This document shows, in pieces, positions 12,509-25,911 of a DNA stretch of 64,000 bases. Source of the DNA: Selaginella moellendorffii (Eukaryota; Plantae; Lycopodiophyta); the NCBI RefSeq assembly GCF_000143415.4, contig NW_003314332.1:806001-870000 (forward strand). The letters are read 5' to 3'. The notes under the pieces are model-generated. The model did not search any database. It saw only the letters and a list, made by a program, of their open reading frames with translations, and was not told where the DNA came from. The translations under genes and the position numbers were made by a program. Position 1 is the first letter of the stretch. Every line of letters begins with the position of its first letter.

Positions 12509-14322
12509 TGTTCAGAAATGCACAACAATTAGATCTGACAGATGAAAAGTTAGCAGCTGGAAATAACGTGAGGCCACACGCCATTCACCACTGCATCAGA
12601 TGTCTTGAGGCTGCATCCTAAGATGGCGTGAGGCTACACGCCATCTATAACCGGACTGCACTCGAGAGCCCAATCAGTGCATGCCAATGTTGCTACTGAA
12701 TGGCATGTGGCCTCATGCCATTTTCTACTTGGCCTAAAAGACTTACCATTTGAAGCCGAATGGAGGCGTGACAATCGAGGCCGAACTTGCTGGCGAATGT
12801 GCACTGTGTGTGCAGCGGATCGTAGTAGCAAGGCTACTCTGCCACTTAACAGTTGGAGAGTGGCACTGAAATCTCCCGGGACGCCAAGTGGGCTGCGTGT
12901 GGGTGGCGGAGTGGGCGGCGGAGTTGGCGGCGAAGTTACAAACTGGGTGTGTCTTGAAGTGGACGCTGATACACACGAGCGCGATGCGAGCGCGAGTGTG
13001 ATGCAAGCGCGAGTGGACGCCGATGCACACGAGAAACCTGTAGAAAAGGTAGATGAGCGCGAATGTGAGCGTGATCGCGAGTGGGAGCGCGATGCGAGCG
13101 CGAGTACGAAGCAAAATGCAAAACCTAACCTCACACGCGCGAAATGTCACAACGGTTGGTAATCCCGCCACGTCATCATTCCTCGGATTTGGGTGCCACC
13201 ATTAATTTCTGGATTGCCGCGCGCAGGCAAGCACGCAAAATCCAAAAGAAATCCGCAACGTGATCATTCCTCGGACTGCATGCACGCGAAATCCAAAAGA
13301 AAGATCATGATTGGGATATCATTTAATACCCTCGCTATATTTATACCATGCATGATTGGATATTCCAAAGCATCTTGTATTTCCAAAAATGGCAGATGTT
13401 CAACTAAATAAAGAAATTCTATCTGTTTCTATTTTTCTCTCAAATCAATATTATAGCGTGTGGGCTCATGCAATTTTGAACCAAAGAAACCCAAAAAACG
13501 TTGGACCCAAAATATTTTGAAAAAACCCAAAAAACCCTAAACATTTTAAACCCAAAAATCCAGGCGTCCTGTGGCGTTATTCCTTGAATGGCGTGTGGGC
13601 ACATGCCATTTTCAGGGCCAAATGCTGAATGGAGAAAAATTCCCTTTCAGTGCAAATGCTGCAAGAGGCAGATGCCGAGCACAAAGGACTGTAACTACCT
13701 CACATGACACAGATAAAATTTTCTCCATTTGGCAAAGATAAACTTTATAGCGTGTGGGCTCATGCAATTTTGAACCCAAAAAATGCACCAAAAAAATTCT
13801 CGGCGTCATCTGGCGTTATCTTTTGAATGGCGTGGGGCCGCATGCCATTTTCAGGGGCACATAGGAGTATATTCCTAGGATATTCTAACACGCGCGAGAA
13901 ATTTTTGAGTTTTCTGGAGATCCAACTGTTAGATCGCAACTAGATTTTACAGAATGGTATACAATGTCTTTCTTGATGACTCTGCAAAGAAGCATCTCGA
14001 TCGGACACCACATGAGACCACACGAGCTTTACAATGTTTCAGAGGCATTTGCCATAGATCCGACCGTTATTTTGTTCCAAGATTTTACAGTTTGGTGTGC
14101 ATTGACCTTTCCATCGACACTGCAAAGGGACATCACAATCAGATGCGGGATCACAAGAAACTAACTTCACTAACTCTGGTTTCACCAAGATCTACGTAAG
14201 GAGTTATGAAATGAAAGGACCCTCTCTATTGAAATGTGTTTATGGTCCTAGGGGCATTGTGACATATCAAAGGATTTTGCATCAAGTTCTGTATTTGCAT
14301 GTTTATCAAGCTACTAAATTGC

Positions 14323-14347
14323 TAAACCCTAAACCCTAAACCCTAAA
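14323..14347 (+). repeat. Three telomeric (telo-box) AAACCCT units
   Basis: TAAACCCTAAACCCTAAACCCTAAA in the region between the divergent transposase and cargo genes; two units in copy 2 (~55581-55598). Confidence 0.8.
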
Positions 14348-15542
14348 CATGTGGCAAATGCTGCGTGAAGAAAGATGCCCTTTCTGGGCAAATGCTGTAA
14401 GAGGCAGATGCCGAGCAGATGTATCTCAGGCTAGCGAAGGGGACAAACGAAAGCTAGCTATAAACATGACGGGATGCAAATAGATTACTAGGCTAGTCCT
14501 GCGAAAATCAAAAACCATAATTGAAAACATTGAAAATGCAAAAAGAAAGGTTTATAATATTTTTGAATTTTAAGCAACCAAAGGAATGTAAGTAGGGCAT
14601 GTGTTTGTAAGTTTAAAAATGCCTCAACCACTTAAATTCCCAAGTAAATAAAGCTGTTTCTATTTTTGGTACAGGTAAACTTTATAGCGTGTGGGCTCAT
14701 GCAATTTTGAACCCAAAAATGCACCAAAAAATGCTTGACTAGCATTATTCTTTGAATGGCGTGTGGCCTTATATTGCCATAAATGGACGTACACACACAG
14801 CATAATTATTCCTTTACACGGCGAATAATCTTGGCGTGGATCGCTGACATGGCATGGCAAAGTTCGAATCACTGACATGGCACAGCTGGATCGAGGCAAG
14901 GACATGATGTGACAAAGTTCAACCTCCGACAGCAAAGTCTAGAAGCTACTCAGTTTGAAATTTGTCAGAGGAGTCATAAGATCTGGTTTGTCAGAGGATT
15001 TGATGTGACGTTCAAGCGTGTGTTATTTTTGAATTCTCGAACTCATTCCTAGGTCTATCATTTTTGTGCGCCGTGTTCTTGGTTCCGCTGAGCGCAGTGA
15101 GCGCTGCTTGTGTAAGCGGCGTTGTGAGCTGTGGTTTATGCGTCTATGAGCGGTTGCGGCATTGCGAGCGCCATTGCGAGCGGCAGTTTATGCGAGTGGC
15201 AGTTTGTGCGAGCGGCGCTACGAGTAGTTGCGGTGTTGCGAGCGGCACTGTGTTTGGTGTGGCTACCGCTTCCTCTTGATGTTCAGCACTTGTGCTTCCT
15301 GGTATGTTCACCATGGAATGGCTTAGGACCACATTTAGAAATGGCATGAGGCCACATGCCACCTTGGGCCCTTGCAATTTCATGGCTAGCGTATTGTCAT
15401 GTATGTTTTTACTTGCCTGCAGCTGTGTGTATATCAAGATGGCATGAGGCCTCATGCCATCTTTGGCCCCTGCTAGCCTATTGCCATATTCCTTTTGCCT
15501 TGCTGCAACTGTATATATTTTTGTGTGCGTGACTAGTCCGAA

Positions 15543-16379
15543 ATGCTGATTGGCCACTCCAAGCCTCTTCAGTTTCATTTCAGCATGCGTGATGGTGCTC
15601 CAGTGATGAGGTACAAGATGAGAGAATGGGACACAGTGTGGCTGCCAGTGGACGGCATTGAACTCTTCAAGAGAGATCCCATAACTGGGGAACCTATGAT
15701 TCCTCAGGGTTCCCCACGGCTGATGCACCCGGATGGACTCAAAGACCAGGAAAGTATAGTGGCCGGGATTAGACAGCATATTGCCTTCTGGAAGAGGGGG
15801 TTGGTGTTTGGTGGAGAATCCTATTTTCAGAGGTGCAAGCCTTTGCTCAAATACTGGGAGAAGATTATATCTGCTATCCAAAATGGGCCGGTTGTATATG
15901 AAGAATTGGAAGAGTCCTTTTGGCCAGAACCCAGAGCACCAGATAGTAGCGGAACAATGTCCTCTGGAAATGCAGTGACAGATAACGATGTTGAGGATCA
16001 CTATTGTGGGCCGAGGAACAAGAAGCCGGATTCAGCATTCAATCCAGTACAAGTCTGCAAAGGAATGGTCGTGCTTGTCAAACCCAGTAATAAAAAACAA
16101 ATGATATGGGTGGGGCGCTGCATCACTGATGCAGAGGAGGACGCGGAAACTAATTCCTTCAATGTAACTGTGGAGTGGTTCAAGCCAAGTTCCGGATATA
16201 CGAAGGATTGCCTAGAAAAGAGATGGGTGCTGAATCCAAGGGATCCCAGCATGAGCATATCGGTGGATAATGTTGTGCATGGTTGGATGCGGAAGCAGAG
16301 TGCCACCATCACCTTGCCAGACCATGCAAGAGATGCAACAAGAGCATTCATAACCCGGGTTCAAGGTGAGATTCATTAA
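15543..16379 (+). pseudogene. C-terminal remnant of the transposase in copy 1
   Basis: Near-identical to the last ~277 aa of ORF 51143-52252; about 2.4 kb of upstream coding sequence is missing relative to copy 2. Confidence 0.85.
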
Positions 16380-18121
16380 TATTCCTTTACTAAGTTTCTA
16401 ATGTATTTTATTTCAAGGTGAACAATCCGAATCTGAATCAGAGGAGGCGTGATGGCATGTGGCCTTACGCCATTCCTAGGTGAGATGATACAAATAACAA
16501 GTATAAATTCTTAGTTGTTCTAGCAAATCTTACTTAAAGTTTAAGTTGAACAAGCCAAATATGAATTCATCGGATTGTTATAATAAATTGCGAGGTGATG
16601 GCATGAGGCGATACGCCATTTGAGAGTGGTAGCCATTCCTATATGAGGTGAGTGAAATATTTATTAGAAATACCTCATTCAATTGTGCACTTCTAAGTCT
16701 TGGTCCACTCAGTACTGTTTGCATGTTTTTATTTTAATTCTTTCTCTAAAATGTTATTTAGCATGTGGCTTCATGCCATTGCTCTCCACAATCATGTATT
16801 GAATTTTTCTATCCTTGCATAATACTTCTCCATATATATAGCATGTGCGCACATGTGATATGGTTCATTAGGCCTGATATAGTGTGTGAGGTAAAACAAA
16901 GATGATGTGACATATGCATTTACCAATAACACGTGCATAAATCTAATAATATGGCATGTGGCCCATATTAATGGCACATAAACCCATATTGTGGGCTTAC
17001 GTGCTTTATGTACCATCATTCCCTTGCAGCGTGTGTGTTGGTTTCCTTTTATAACACAACGAACTCCATATTTTAGGGTGAAGAGCGTTCTCATGGCAAG
17101 CACAAAATCTGTAAGTGAGGCAGAAAAGGAGACGGAGAAGGAGATAGGTGAAGATGTAGAATATATAAGTCTTCCCCGTACTATACTCCCCGTACTATAC
17201 TCCAAGTGATCATTTTTCTAAACAAACGGCAACATTAACAACTATCGAGAACGCCCCAGTAACGTCAGAGACAACAATCCAAAGCAAAACAACTGACCCG
17301 GAGAAGGATGATAGTACCGCTGAGAGTACCAAAAAGGAGGTGTCCACTAGCGCTTAGGCTTATAATGGCATGTGCCCTCATGCCATTTACTTGATCACCA
17401 AATACCTTTTTCCCTTTGCACTAGTATATCTTAATACCGGTCTGAGAAATAGAATGGCATGTGCCCTCAGGCCTTTTACTAAATCACCTTTGAAAGAAAT
17501 GCAAGCCTCTATGTCGTAAAAAAAAGGTACTAGAGAAATTCCTTAATAATATGAATGTTATTTAGTTTCATGAAAATACACTAAGGGTCAAATGAGTTAA
17601 ATGACTTCTCCAGACTAGCAATGCCTCTTGCTACACCTTCACAATTAGATTCGTTAGAAAAAGATAACATTGAATAATATCTAAATGTTCTCACCATTAA
17701 GTTATATGTCTGGCTAATAGGAATGACGTTCATCTTGGAAAGCTCACCACACGCTCAATGAACAAACAAATAGTGTGTGCGCGCATGCCATCGCTCTTCT
17801 TTAGCTTCAGATTCGGCTTGTTCACCTTGACAATGAGATTTATTATACAACCAGATGGACTCAGTCTAGACATAAAGTCACCGCGCTAGTCACCATGCCC
17901 CAGATATGTCTAGCCCCTGGACAAAAAACATATAATTTCACGTCATTTTCAAATACTTGAAAATTTGTACCTAGTCCCATTTTACTGAATAAATCCCACT
18001 TTAACGAAATAGAGCATCCACACTCTCCCTACTATACTTTTGGAACCCCCCGCAGCTCCCCCCCCCCCCCCCCCCTGGGGGACGATCGCTTTGGGCTTTC
18101 ACCCAATTGCCTATATTAGTA

Positions 18122-19013
18122 TTCGGACTCGGACTCAGGCTCGAACTCGGACTCGGACTCAGACTCGGTCTCGGTCCCGGTTTTGAACTCAGACTCAGTC
18201 TCGGTCCCGGTCTCGGTCTCGGTTCCATTTCGGGTCCATCTTGGAATCCGTCTCGGGTCCATCTCGGACTCCATCTCGGGTCCATCTCAGACTCCATCTC
18301 GGACTCCATCTCGGGTCCATCTCAAACTCCATCTCGGACTCCATCTCGGGTCCATCTCGGACTCCATCTTGGGTCCATCTTGGACTCCATCTTGGACTCC
18401 ATCTTGGGTCCATCTCGGACTCCATCTCGGACTCCATCTCGGGTCCATCTCAGACTCCATCTCGGGTCCCCATCTCGGGTCCATCTTGGACTCCATGTCG
18501 GACTCCATCTCGGGTCCATCTCGGACTCCATCTCGGACTCCATCTTGGGTCCATCTTGGACTCCATCTCGGGTCCATCTCGGACTCCATCTCGGGTCCAT
18601 CTCGGACTCCATCTCGGGTCCATCTCGGACTCCATCTTGGACTCCATCTCGAGTCCATCTCAGACTCCATCTCGGACTCCATCTTGGACTCCATCTCGAG
18701 TCCATCTCAGACTCCATCTCGGACTCCATCTCGGGTCCATCTCGGACTCCATGTCGGACTCCATCTCGGGTCCATCTCAGACTATCTCGGACTCCATCTT
18801 GGGTCCATCTCGGACTCCCTCTCGGGTCCATCTCGGACTCCATCTCGTGTCCATGTCGGACTCCATCTCGGGTCCATCTCGGACTCTATCTCAGACTCCA
18901 TCTCGGGTCCATCTCGGACTCCATCTCGGACTCCATCTCGGGTCCATCTTGGACTCCATCTCGGGTCCATCTTGGACTCCATCTCGGGTCCATCTCGGAC
19001 TCCATCTCGGGTC
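18122..19013. repeat. LTR-internal minisatellite: 6-bp (GGACTC/GGTCTC) then 11/12-bp (GGGTCCATCTC/GGACTCCATCTC) units
   Basis: Directly visible. Equivalent arrays occur in every full family A LTR (3565-3988, 24301-25040, 38312-38836, 44140-44720, 57975-58415) and a related array in family B LTRs. Confidence 0.95.
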
Positions 19014-22000
19014 CCTTTTTGGAGCCTTGCTTATTGCTCGCTTCGTGCTCATTCCTCGAGCACTTCGTTGGGAGTTCCACTCCCACTCTCGACCTTTTCA
19101 AGTCGGAGCTTTTAGTCCAAATATGTTATGCTCGTTTGGCTCTCGCTTCGGCCACTACCTCGTGGCACCCTTCCAGCTCCACTTTGGGGCCTAGGGATTT
19201 TGTGTCTCATAACTCCACCACCCATAGACGAAGTTCGATGTCCTCATCAAACGGTAAACCCTTTCATAAAGTAACACCCACACGTGTTACCATTTCCATC
19301 CTTGGCACCTAGCCAATATTTATCTATGGTTTGACACCAAAGGCTCACCATGCTTTGTCCATCCTCCAAGGAGCATAGTCTCTCCAACTTAGAGACTCAT
19401 TCGACCACTTGTGGTGGTCCTCTCCTTTTATTGGTTGAGTTCTCGCTAAACCCGTTAGAGACACCTTCTCTAACTCAATTCCACTACTCATTCTCGAGTA
19501 GTTTCAGATTCCATCGACCTAACCTTTGCACTTTGGTACTTTTAGTTTTGACTTCTCAGAGTCAATTTCCTAGGTGCCTCCAACACCTTACATTGCACAT
19601 GGTGCAACTCCACTTCCCCATCCTAGAAAGTTCTTTACTTGAGGGCACCATCATCCTCTCTTCGATATCATGCCACCTTTGGCACTAAGTTCCAGTTATT
19701 ATAATTTGTTCTAGGGCTGCCCACGGCCCTATTATTGGCTACCTTACTCCCTCTTGGAGCTTCCACTCTCGCCAAATCGGAACGGTTGGGAATCCATCCT
19801 TGGGAAAATATTGCCTTTCCCACAATCCGTTAGCACTTAGCACTTTAGCACTCTCGGCCTAACTTGCCATTTGGATTCTTTCCCCTTATTCCCATAGCTC
19901 TTTTCTTAGCCACTAGTCTTTTGCTCCTATCCATTGATTGTTGCATCAAGCAACACAGGATCACTACCTCCCTCCTTGAGGTATTTTTTTGGTTCCATGG
20001 CAAAGCTCCACTTTGCCAAGTCCAGAGGGTGCTCACCCCTAGTAGGTCTCTTTAGCATTTTCTGCTATGGGCCCCTTCCACGGCCCAACTTTGTGACCCT
20101 CCCATGGGTCTCTCCTAGAGACTACTTTGAACTCACAATACCATTGTATTGTCGTAGTTCATTTCCTTAGGTGTCCTTCCCACTTGGTCACCTTGACCAA
20201 GCCACACCATTATCAATAGTTCAAATCAACGCTTTGAACTAGGAACCTTGTTGCTTAACCTCACAAGGACCTCGTCCTTGTTTTGGCCATAAGATCACCT
20301 AGTGATCTAATCTTGGCACCTTAACCAGTTTGCCAATAAGTGCTAAGTCTCCTAAACCTTTAAGTTGTTGACCATGACCCCGGGGGCATCCCCCACACTT
20401 GACGGTGCACCCAAGCCAGCCCTTCCAGCTAAGGGTCCATAGCAACTGAGACTGGGTGTCCCCATCTCATTCACCACGTCCTTGGTGCCACTTGCACCAA
20501 TGTGTTCAAGTTAGATATGCTGAGCCACACTAAGCAATCTAACCGTGCATCACGACTTCGGGGCATCCCCCACTTGGCGGTGTGCCCAAGCCAATCTCCT
20601 CATTGAGAGTTCATGACCACCGAAATATGAGTGTCCTCATATTCCAAACCATCACCACGCCCTAGTGATTTGGGACTCGAACCCAAGCACTAGAGGGTCG
20701 GGACTCGAACCCAACCTCCGTATATGCATCTACGGAAGGCATCATCTAAGATGCCTGGCGTGACTCCCCACGCCGGTGCACCAACTTATACTTGAAGCAC
20801 GCCAACTTATACTCACAGCTTAGGAACCTAGTTCCTCCGCATTGCCAAGTCCTCTCACTTGACATGTCTGTGATCATGCATGGACTCCTCCATGCTCGGC
20901 CCCATGGCCCACCCTTTTTGAAGTTATCACCTTCAACTATGGTATTTGTTCCCCCGACGTGCCAATCTCGCTTGGCAAGTCCTCTGACCACTGTAACATG
21001 GTTCCTGCATAAGCGTGAAAGTCCTTGACCATCAACTTTCATTCAAAGCCTTCTCTTTGAACACTCGGGAACTATTTCCCTAACCTTGATAGCCTTGCCT
21101 CATGGCAAGCTTCAAGACCACGCTTCTGCTGCACCACTCTGATTTTGCACGTTCCATGAACCATTTACACTTGGCCTTTCTAGTACTAAGCTACCTAGAA
21201 TCGTCTTTGGGAACCTTGTAGGAACTCTGTCCCTTAGCTTGCTAAGGCCTCCCTTTTCGCAAGCTTTATAGTTGCCATATAATCTAACATGGACAATTCC
21301 ATATTTTAGACTTTTCATGGCATCACGGTTACTAGCAACAACATCCTTGAGCACCCTCTTGATTCTCCACTCCCAACTTGCACAACCACCGTTGGATATG
21401 CCCTTTGATTTCTATGGTTCAGTTCCATCCCAATACTACTTGCCTTTTGGCCCCATATGTTTTCTTTGGTTATTCTCCTCTAGACTAGGAGGATAGCTTT
21501 GCACATTTTACTATGCCTTAGCAAGTATTCTTAAGGATGAACCTACTCGATAGCCTAAGGAGTGGTTCCTCAATCTTGGGCATGCTCACCTTATAATCCC
21601 ACATATCGAGATTAACGTTGCTGCTTATGGGCCTTCACATGCCCATCACTAGCCTTGCCAAAATTCCATTTTTGGCTTTGTCCAATTCGGGTAAACAATC
21701 TTCTCCTGTCTCCACAACCTTGGACATTTGGATAGCACCTACTATCCACCATTCGCTAGGGACTTAGTCCCTTGGGCCTTATCTATTACCCTTGCAACAC
21801 GAAACACCACCTCCTGGTGTTCTAGAGTGTTTGGGTGTCCCAATGATGGCCTCCTGACAATGAGCATTCCCGTTTACGACATTGACTTACTATATCGCAA
21901 CATAAGCAATTTATCCTTTATAAGGGTATATCTAACTTCCTTATGCCATTAAGAAGTCTTGGGTAGCTATCATCTACCCATTTAACCAATTATCTTGCAC

Positions 22001-25000
22001 CTCTTGCTTAGTTGCCCCATAATTGTCAAGTCCTACAACTCATTGCTTGGTGCTTCCACACCTCCATCATTATCTGGGTCACCACACTTTAACCGCATGC
22101 CTTCCAGCTTAGGCCATGCCATTCCCGCTTCCGTTGGGATTCCCTTTGCAAGGGGTTTTTATGAACCCACCATCATAACCTCAAGGTATCACACCTTGGC
22201 ACATTTGGTGTCTCCACACCATCGGCCCCACGAGCCTACCATTATGACACTACTTATTAGTGTCTAGGTCTTTGCCAAGACCAATATAATTGTTCCTCAT
22301 GCTAACTATCTGTTAGCACCGCACCATAGTGTTTGCACCCAACTCTGGGCCAAAGTTGCTTTCTTCTGGGAACATCTTCCCCACAACTTTAGTATGGCAC
22401 ATTTTGCCATCAATGAGATACCTACTGTTCTCATATTTGGATCTTATGATCCTCCCCATACCTCATGGGGCACCATACACCTCAGTCCAAATGTTTTAAC
22501 CAATCCCTTAGGACCATTCCTTGACTCCACTTGAGTCATCCAGCATTTTAGACTTTGCTAATTTAACGATCTGCGAGGTCTTGGTCTTCGAGGTGCCAAC
22601 TCACTGGAATACAACTTCTTGTATTCAAGTCCTCCTCACAAGAATCATCTTTGCAAGTGTTCCTCCGACACTTGATTTGTTCTCTTGGGGCAACCTTTTG
22701 CCCCTTAGGACCACTTATCCATGTGATGAGAATACCAACTCATCCTCTAAGTACACCCCCAACTCCTTGGGTTGTTCCATCATTTATTAGAGGTAGCCCC
22801 GGCTACCATTTCAAGGACTTGTGTCCTCTTCCGTATTTGACCTCCCATGGTCATCAATTCTGGCCTCAAAGTTATGAGCACCAGCCTCAACTATATGAGG
22901 GTAATCTTGTGACTCTTTTATTGTTTTAGAGTCTACATCTTTCCCGTGATCCCAACTATAGTTGTTTACCACAACTATGTTAGCCCGTTTGCTGCGTCAA
23001 ACGCTCATCTGGATCACATCCTAAGCTCTCTAAGGAAACCTTATACTGTTCCCAAGATCCCAAAGTCGTTCCATTATTGGCCCTTTTCTATCCACCACAT
23101 TGTGTCCAAGTTCACGCGTGAACTTGAGTGGAGAGCCATGTCCTCTCGACATGCTACTCCTCAAGGACAGGCCCACTCCTAGGACCTTCCGATGCCAACA
23201 TCAATGGTGATATACTTGAGCACCAATAAAAGTCAGACTAAGGAACAGCTTCGATACCAAGTTGTAAGCGACTAAATTTTCCATTTTACTTTAGCCACTT
23301 AACCACACTCCTGACCACTTGGAGGAGTCTCATTCACAACCTCCATAAGTCCCAGTTAGGACTTGGGGCTTGCCAGCCCTGAGAATGGCATCCATGCCAC
23401 TCAACCTTTGCACCTGGTCCAAGTGCTCCACGTGTCCGATCCCATGACCGACACCCCAAGGTACCACCGATATACTAGCCCGTTACGCTAGGCCATGCCC
23501 ATTCACCTTGATCACACCAGTGGTCTAACGCCACCTACATCATAGTCCCGTCTCTCAAAGACTGGGCCATCCGTCCATGAGTGATCACTCCAGATCCACT
23601 CCTTAGCATCCTTAGGATGCCCGCAGACATGGGGAATAGCCTTCCCCGACAACTCTTTTCCAGTCCCCACCAAGTCCCTTTTAGTCCGTGGCTGTGTTCG
23701 CCAACACTGCCACTGGATCAAGGCCCGCAGGCCCGACCACTAAGTCCCACTATCCTTTGGGACTTCCTCACCATGTGACCGTATCCTTGGTCACTGCATT
23801 AGAGGTCTGCTTCTCTTCCCTTTCACCGTTTGGGACTTTGGGGCAACATTTCGGAACACCGTGGCCTTACGCAAGCCTCATGGGTACTCTCCCCGCCTTT
23901 TGCCTTTTGGTGCTCTAGCCATGGGCTTAGAGCGAGGTGCCGTTGAGCCACACTAGGTATCCAAGTAGGTAGTGCCACCCACACTTGGACTGGGAGCATC
24001 GGCTAGTTGATTTCCCGGGGGAACTAGAGCCGGCTCTTGAACACTTCACCAAGCTACCCCGCTTGTCGGTCCGTATTCACTCTAGTTTTAGACTTCCTAG
24101 TGGTCAGTTCATCACCCAACACGGGGTATGGCCTTCCTGGACCAAACTGGTCCTTCCTGGGCCAAACTGGCCCTTCCTGGCCAAACTGGCTCCACTGGGC
24201 TCCAACCCCCACACTCTCCCTACTATACTTTTGGACCCCCCCCCCCCCCCCTTTGGGGGACGATTGCTTTGGGCTTTCACCCAACTGCCTGTATTAGTAT
24301 TCGGACTCGGACTCAGGCTCGAACTCGGACTCGGACTCAGACTCGGTCTCGGTCCCGGTTTCGGACTTGGACTTGGTCTCAGTCTCGGTCTCGGCCTCGG
24401 CCTCGGTCTCAGTCTCAGTTCCATCTCGGACTCCGTCTCGGGTCTATCTCGGACTCCATCTCGGACTCCATCTTGGACTCCATCTCAGGTCCATCTCGGA
24501 CTCCATCTCGGACTCCATCTCGGACTCCATCTCAGGTCCATCTCGGACTCCATCTCGGGTCCATCTCGGACTCCATCTCGGACTCCATCTCAGGTCCATC
24601 TCGGACTCCATCTCGGACTCCATCTCGGGTCCATCTCGGACTCTATCTCGGACTCCATCTCGGGTCCATCTCGGACTCCATCTCAGACTCCATCTCGGGT
24701 CCATCTTGGACTCCATCTCGGACTCCATCTCGGACTCCATCTCGGGTCCATCTCGGACTCCATCTCGGACTCCATCTCTAGTCCATCTCGGACTCCATCT
24801 CGGACTCCATCCCGGGTCCATCTCAGACTCCATCTCGGGTCCATCTCAGACTCCATTTCGGACTCCATCTCGGGTCCATCTCGGACTCCATCTCGGACTC
24901 CATCTCAGGTCCATCTCGGACTCCATCTCGGACTCCATCTCGGACTCCATCTCGGGTCCATCTCGGACTCCATCTTGGGTCCATCTCGAACTCCATCTCG

Positions 25001-25911
25001 GACTCCATCTCGGGTCCATCTCGGACTCCATCTCGGGTCCTTTTTTGGAGCCTTGCTTATTGCTCACTTCGTGCTCATTCCTCGAGCACTTCGTTGGGAG
25101 TTCCACTCCCACTCTCGACCTTTTCAAGTCGGAGTTTTTAGTCCAAACATGTTATGCTCGTTTGGCTCTCGCTTCGGCCACTACCTCGTGGCACCCTTCC
25201 AGCTCCACTTTGGGGCCTAGGGATTTTGTGTCTCACAAACAGTAGGTATCTAATTGTTGTCAGAAGGTGCCATCCTAAAGTCGTGGGAAAGAGTTTCTCG
25301 GAAGAAAACAATTTTGACACAAAGTTGTGCGTGGACTCTATGGTGCAGTGCTAATGGATAATTGGCATAAGAGACAACCATATTTGTCTTGGCAAAAAGA
25401 CCTAGACACAAGTAAGAACTGTCATAAAGGTAGGCTCGTGGAACCAATGGTGTGGAGACACCGAAGGTGCCAAGGTGTGCTGCCTTGAGGTCAAGTTGGC
25501 AGGTTTATGAGAACCCCTTCCAGAGGAATCCCATTGGAAATGGGAATAGCATAGCCTATGCTGTGTAAGCAACCAAAGGGAACGACTCGAGAGACGATCC
25601 ATAGGGGTTCAAATATAGAGGGAAAGGGCCCATGAACAAGAGTGCACCCCCTTTTCCAATCGGTTAAGGGTCTTAGGATATTTGGGGTTAAGCGTCCTTG
25701 GGTTTGAATAGTACTGGGCAGGGTGACCTCCCGGGAAGTCCAAACTCAGGAGCTTACATTTGGTATTAGAGAGGTCTTGAGTCCAACTCTGTTGGTTGGC
25801 TAAGGGAATCGCACCACATGTTGATTGACATCTGGCAGGTCTAGTTTGTTCCGGCTGGGCTCGACCCAAGGGGTAAGGTGTCAAGAGAGCAAGGCTCTCA
25901 GGAGAGCTGCG

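Larger units (their letters stand above)
6761..18017 (+). mobile_element. Large TIR DNA transposon copy 1 (Sola-like; transposase N-terminal part deleted)
   Basis: TIRs AAGCTCTATTTGGTTAAAGTGGGA / TCCCACTTTAACGAAATAGAGCAT; 4-bp TSD CCAC (6757-6760 / 18018-18021). The empty site is visible in the sister LTR at ~24201-24227. Confidence 0.9.
5811..25237 (-). mobile_element. Family A LTR retroelement, copy A1 (complete, non-coding internal region)
   Basis: TSD AACAG (5806-5810 / 25238-25242). 5' LTR 23263-25237; 3' LTR 5811-19211 is interrupted by the DNA transposon. tRNA-Met-type PBS (rc TGGTATCGAAGC) at ~23248-23259; PPT rc GGGTGGTGGAGT at 19212-19223. Confidence 0.92.

Noticed and set aside
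14323-14347. Telomere or healed chromosome end
   Set aside because: Only 2-3 units, internal to the transposon in both copies.
18241-19013. Repeat array resembling a CRISPR
   Set aside because: It has no unique spacers, only tandem units inside an LTR in eukaryotic DNA.
25687-25741. Genuine 5S rRNA gene linked to 45S
   Set aside because: Only the internal ~55 nt match and they lie within TG..CA LTRs; no full 120-nt gene or oligo-T terminator.
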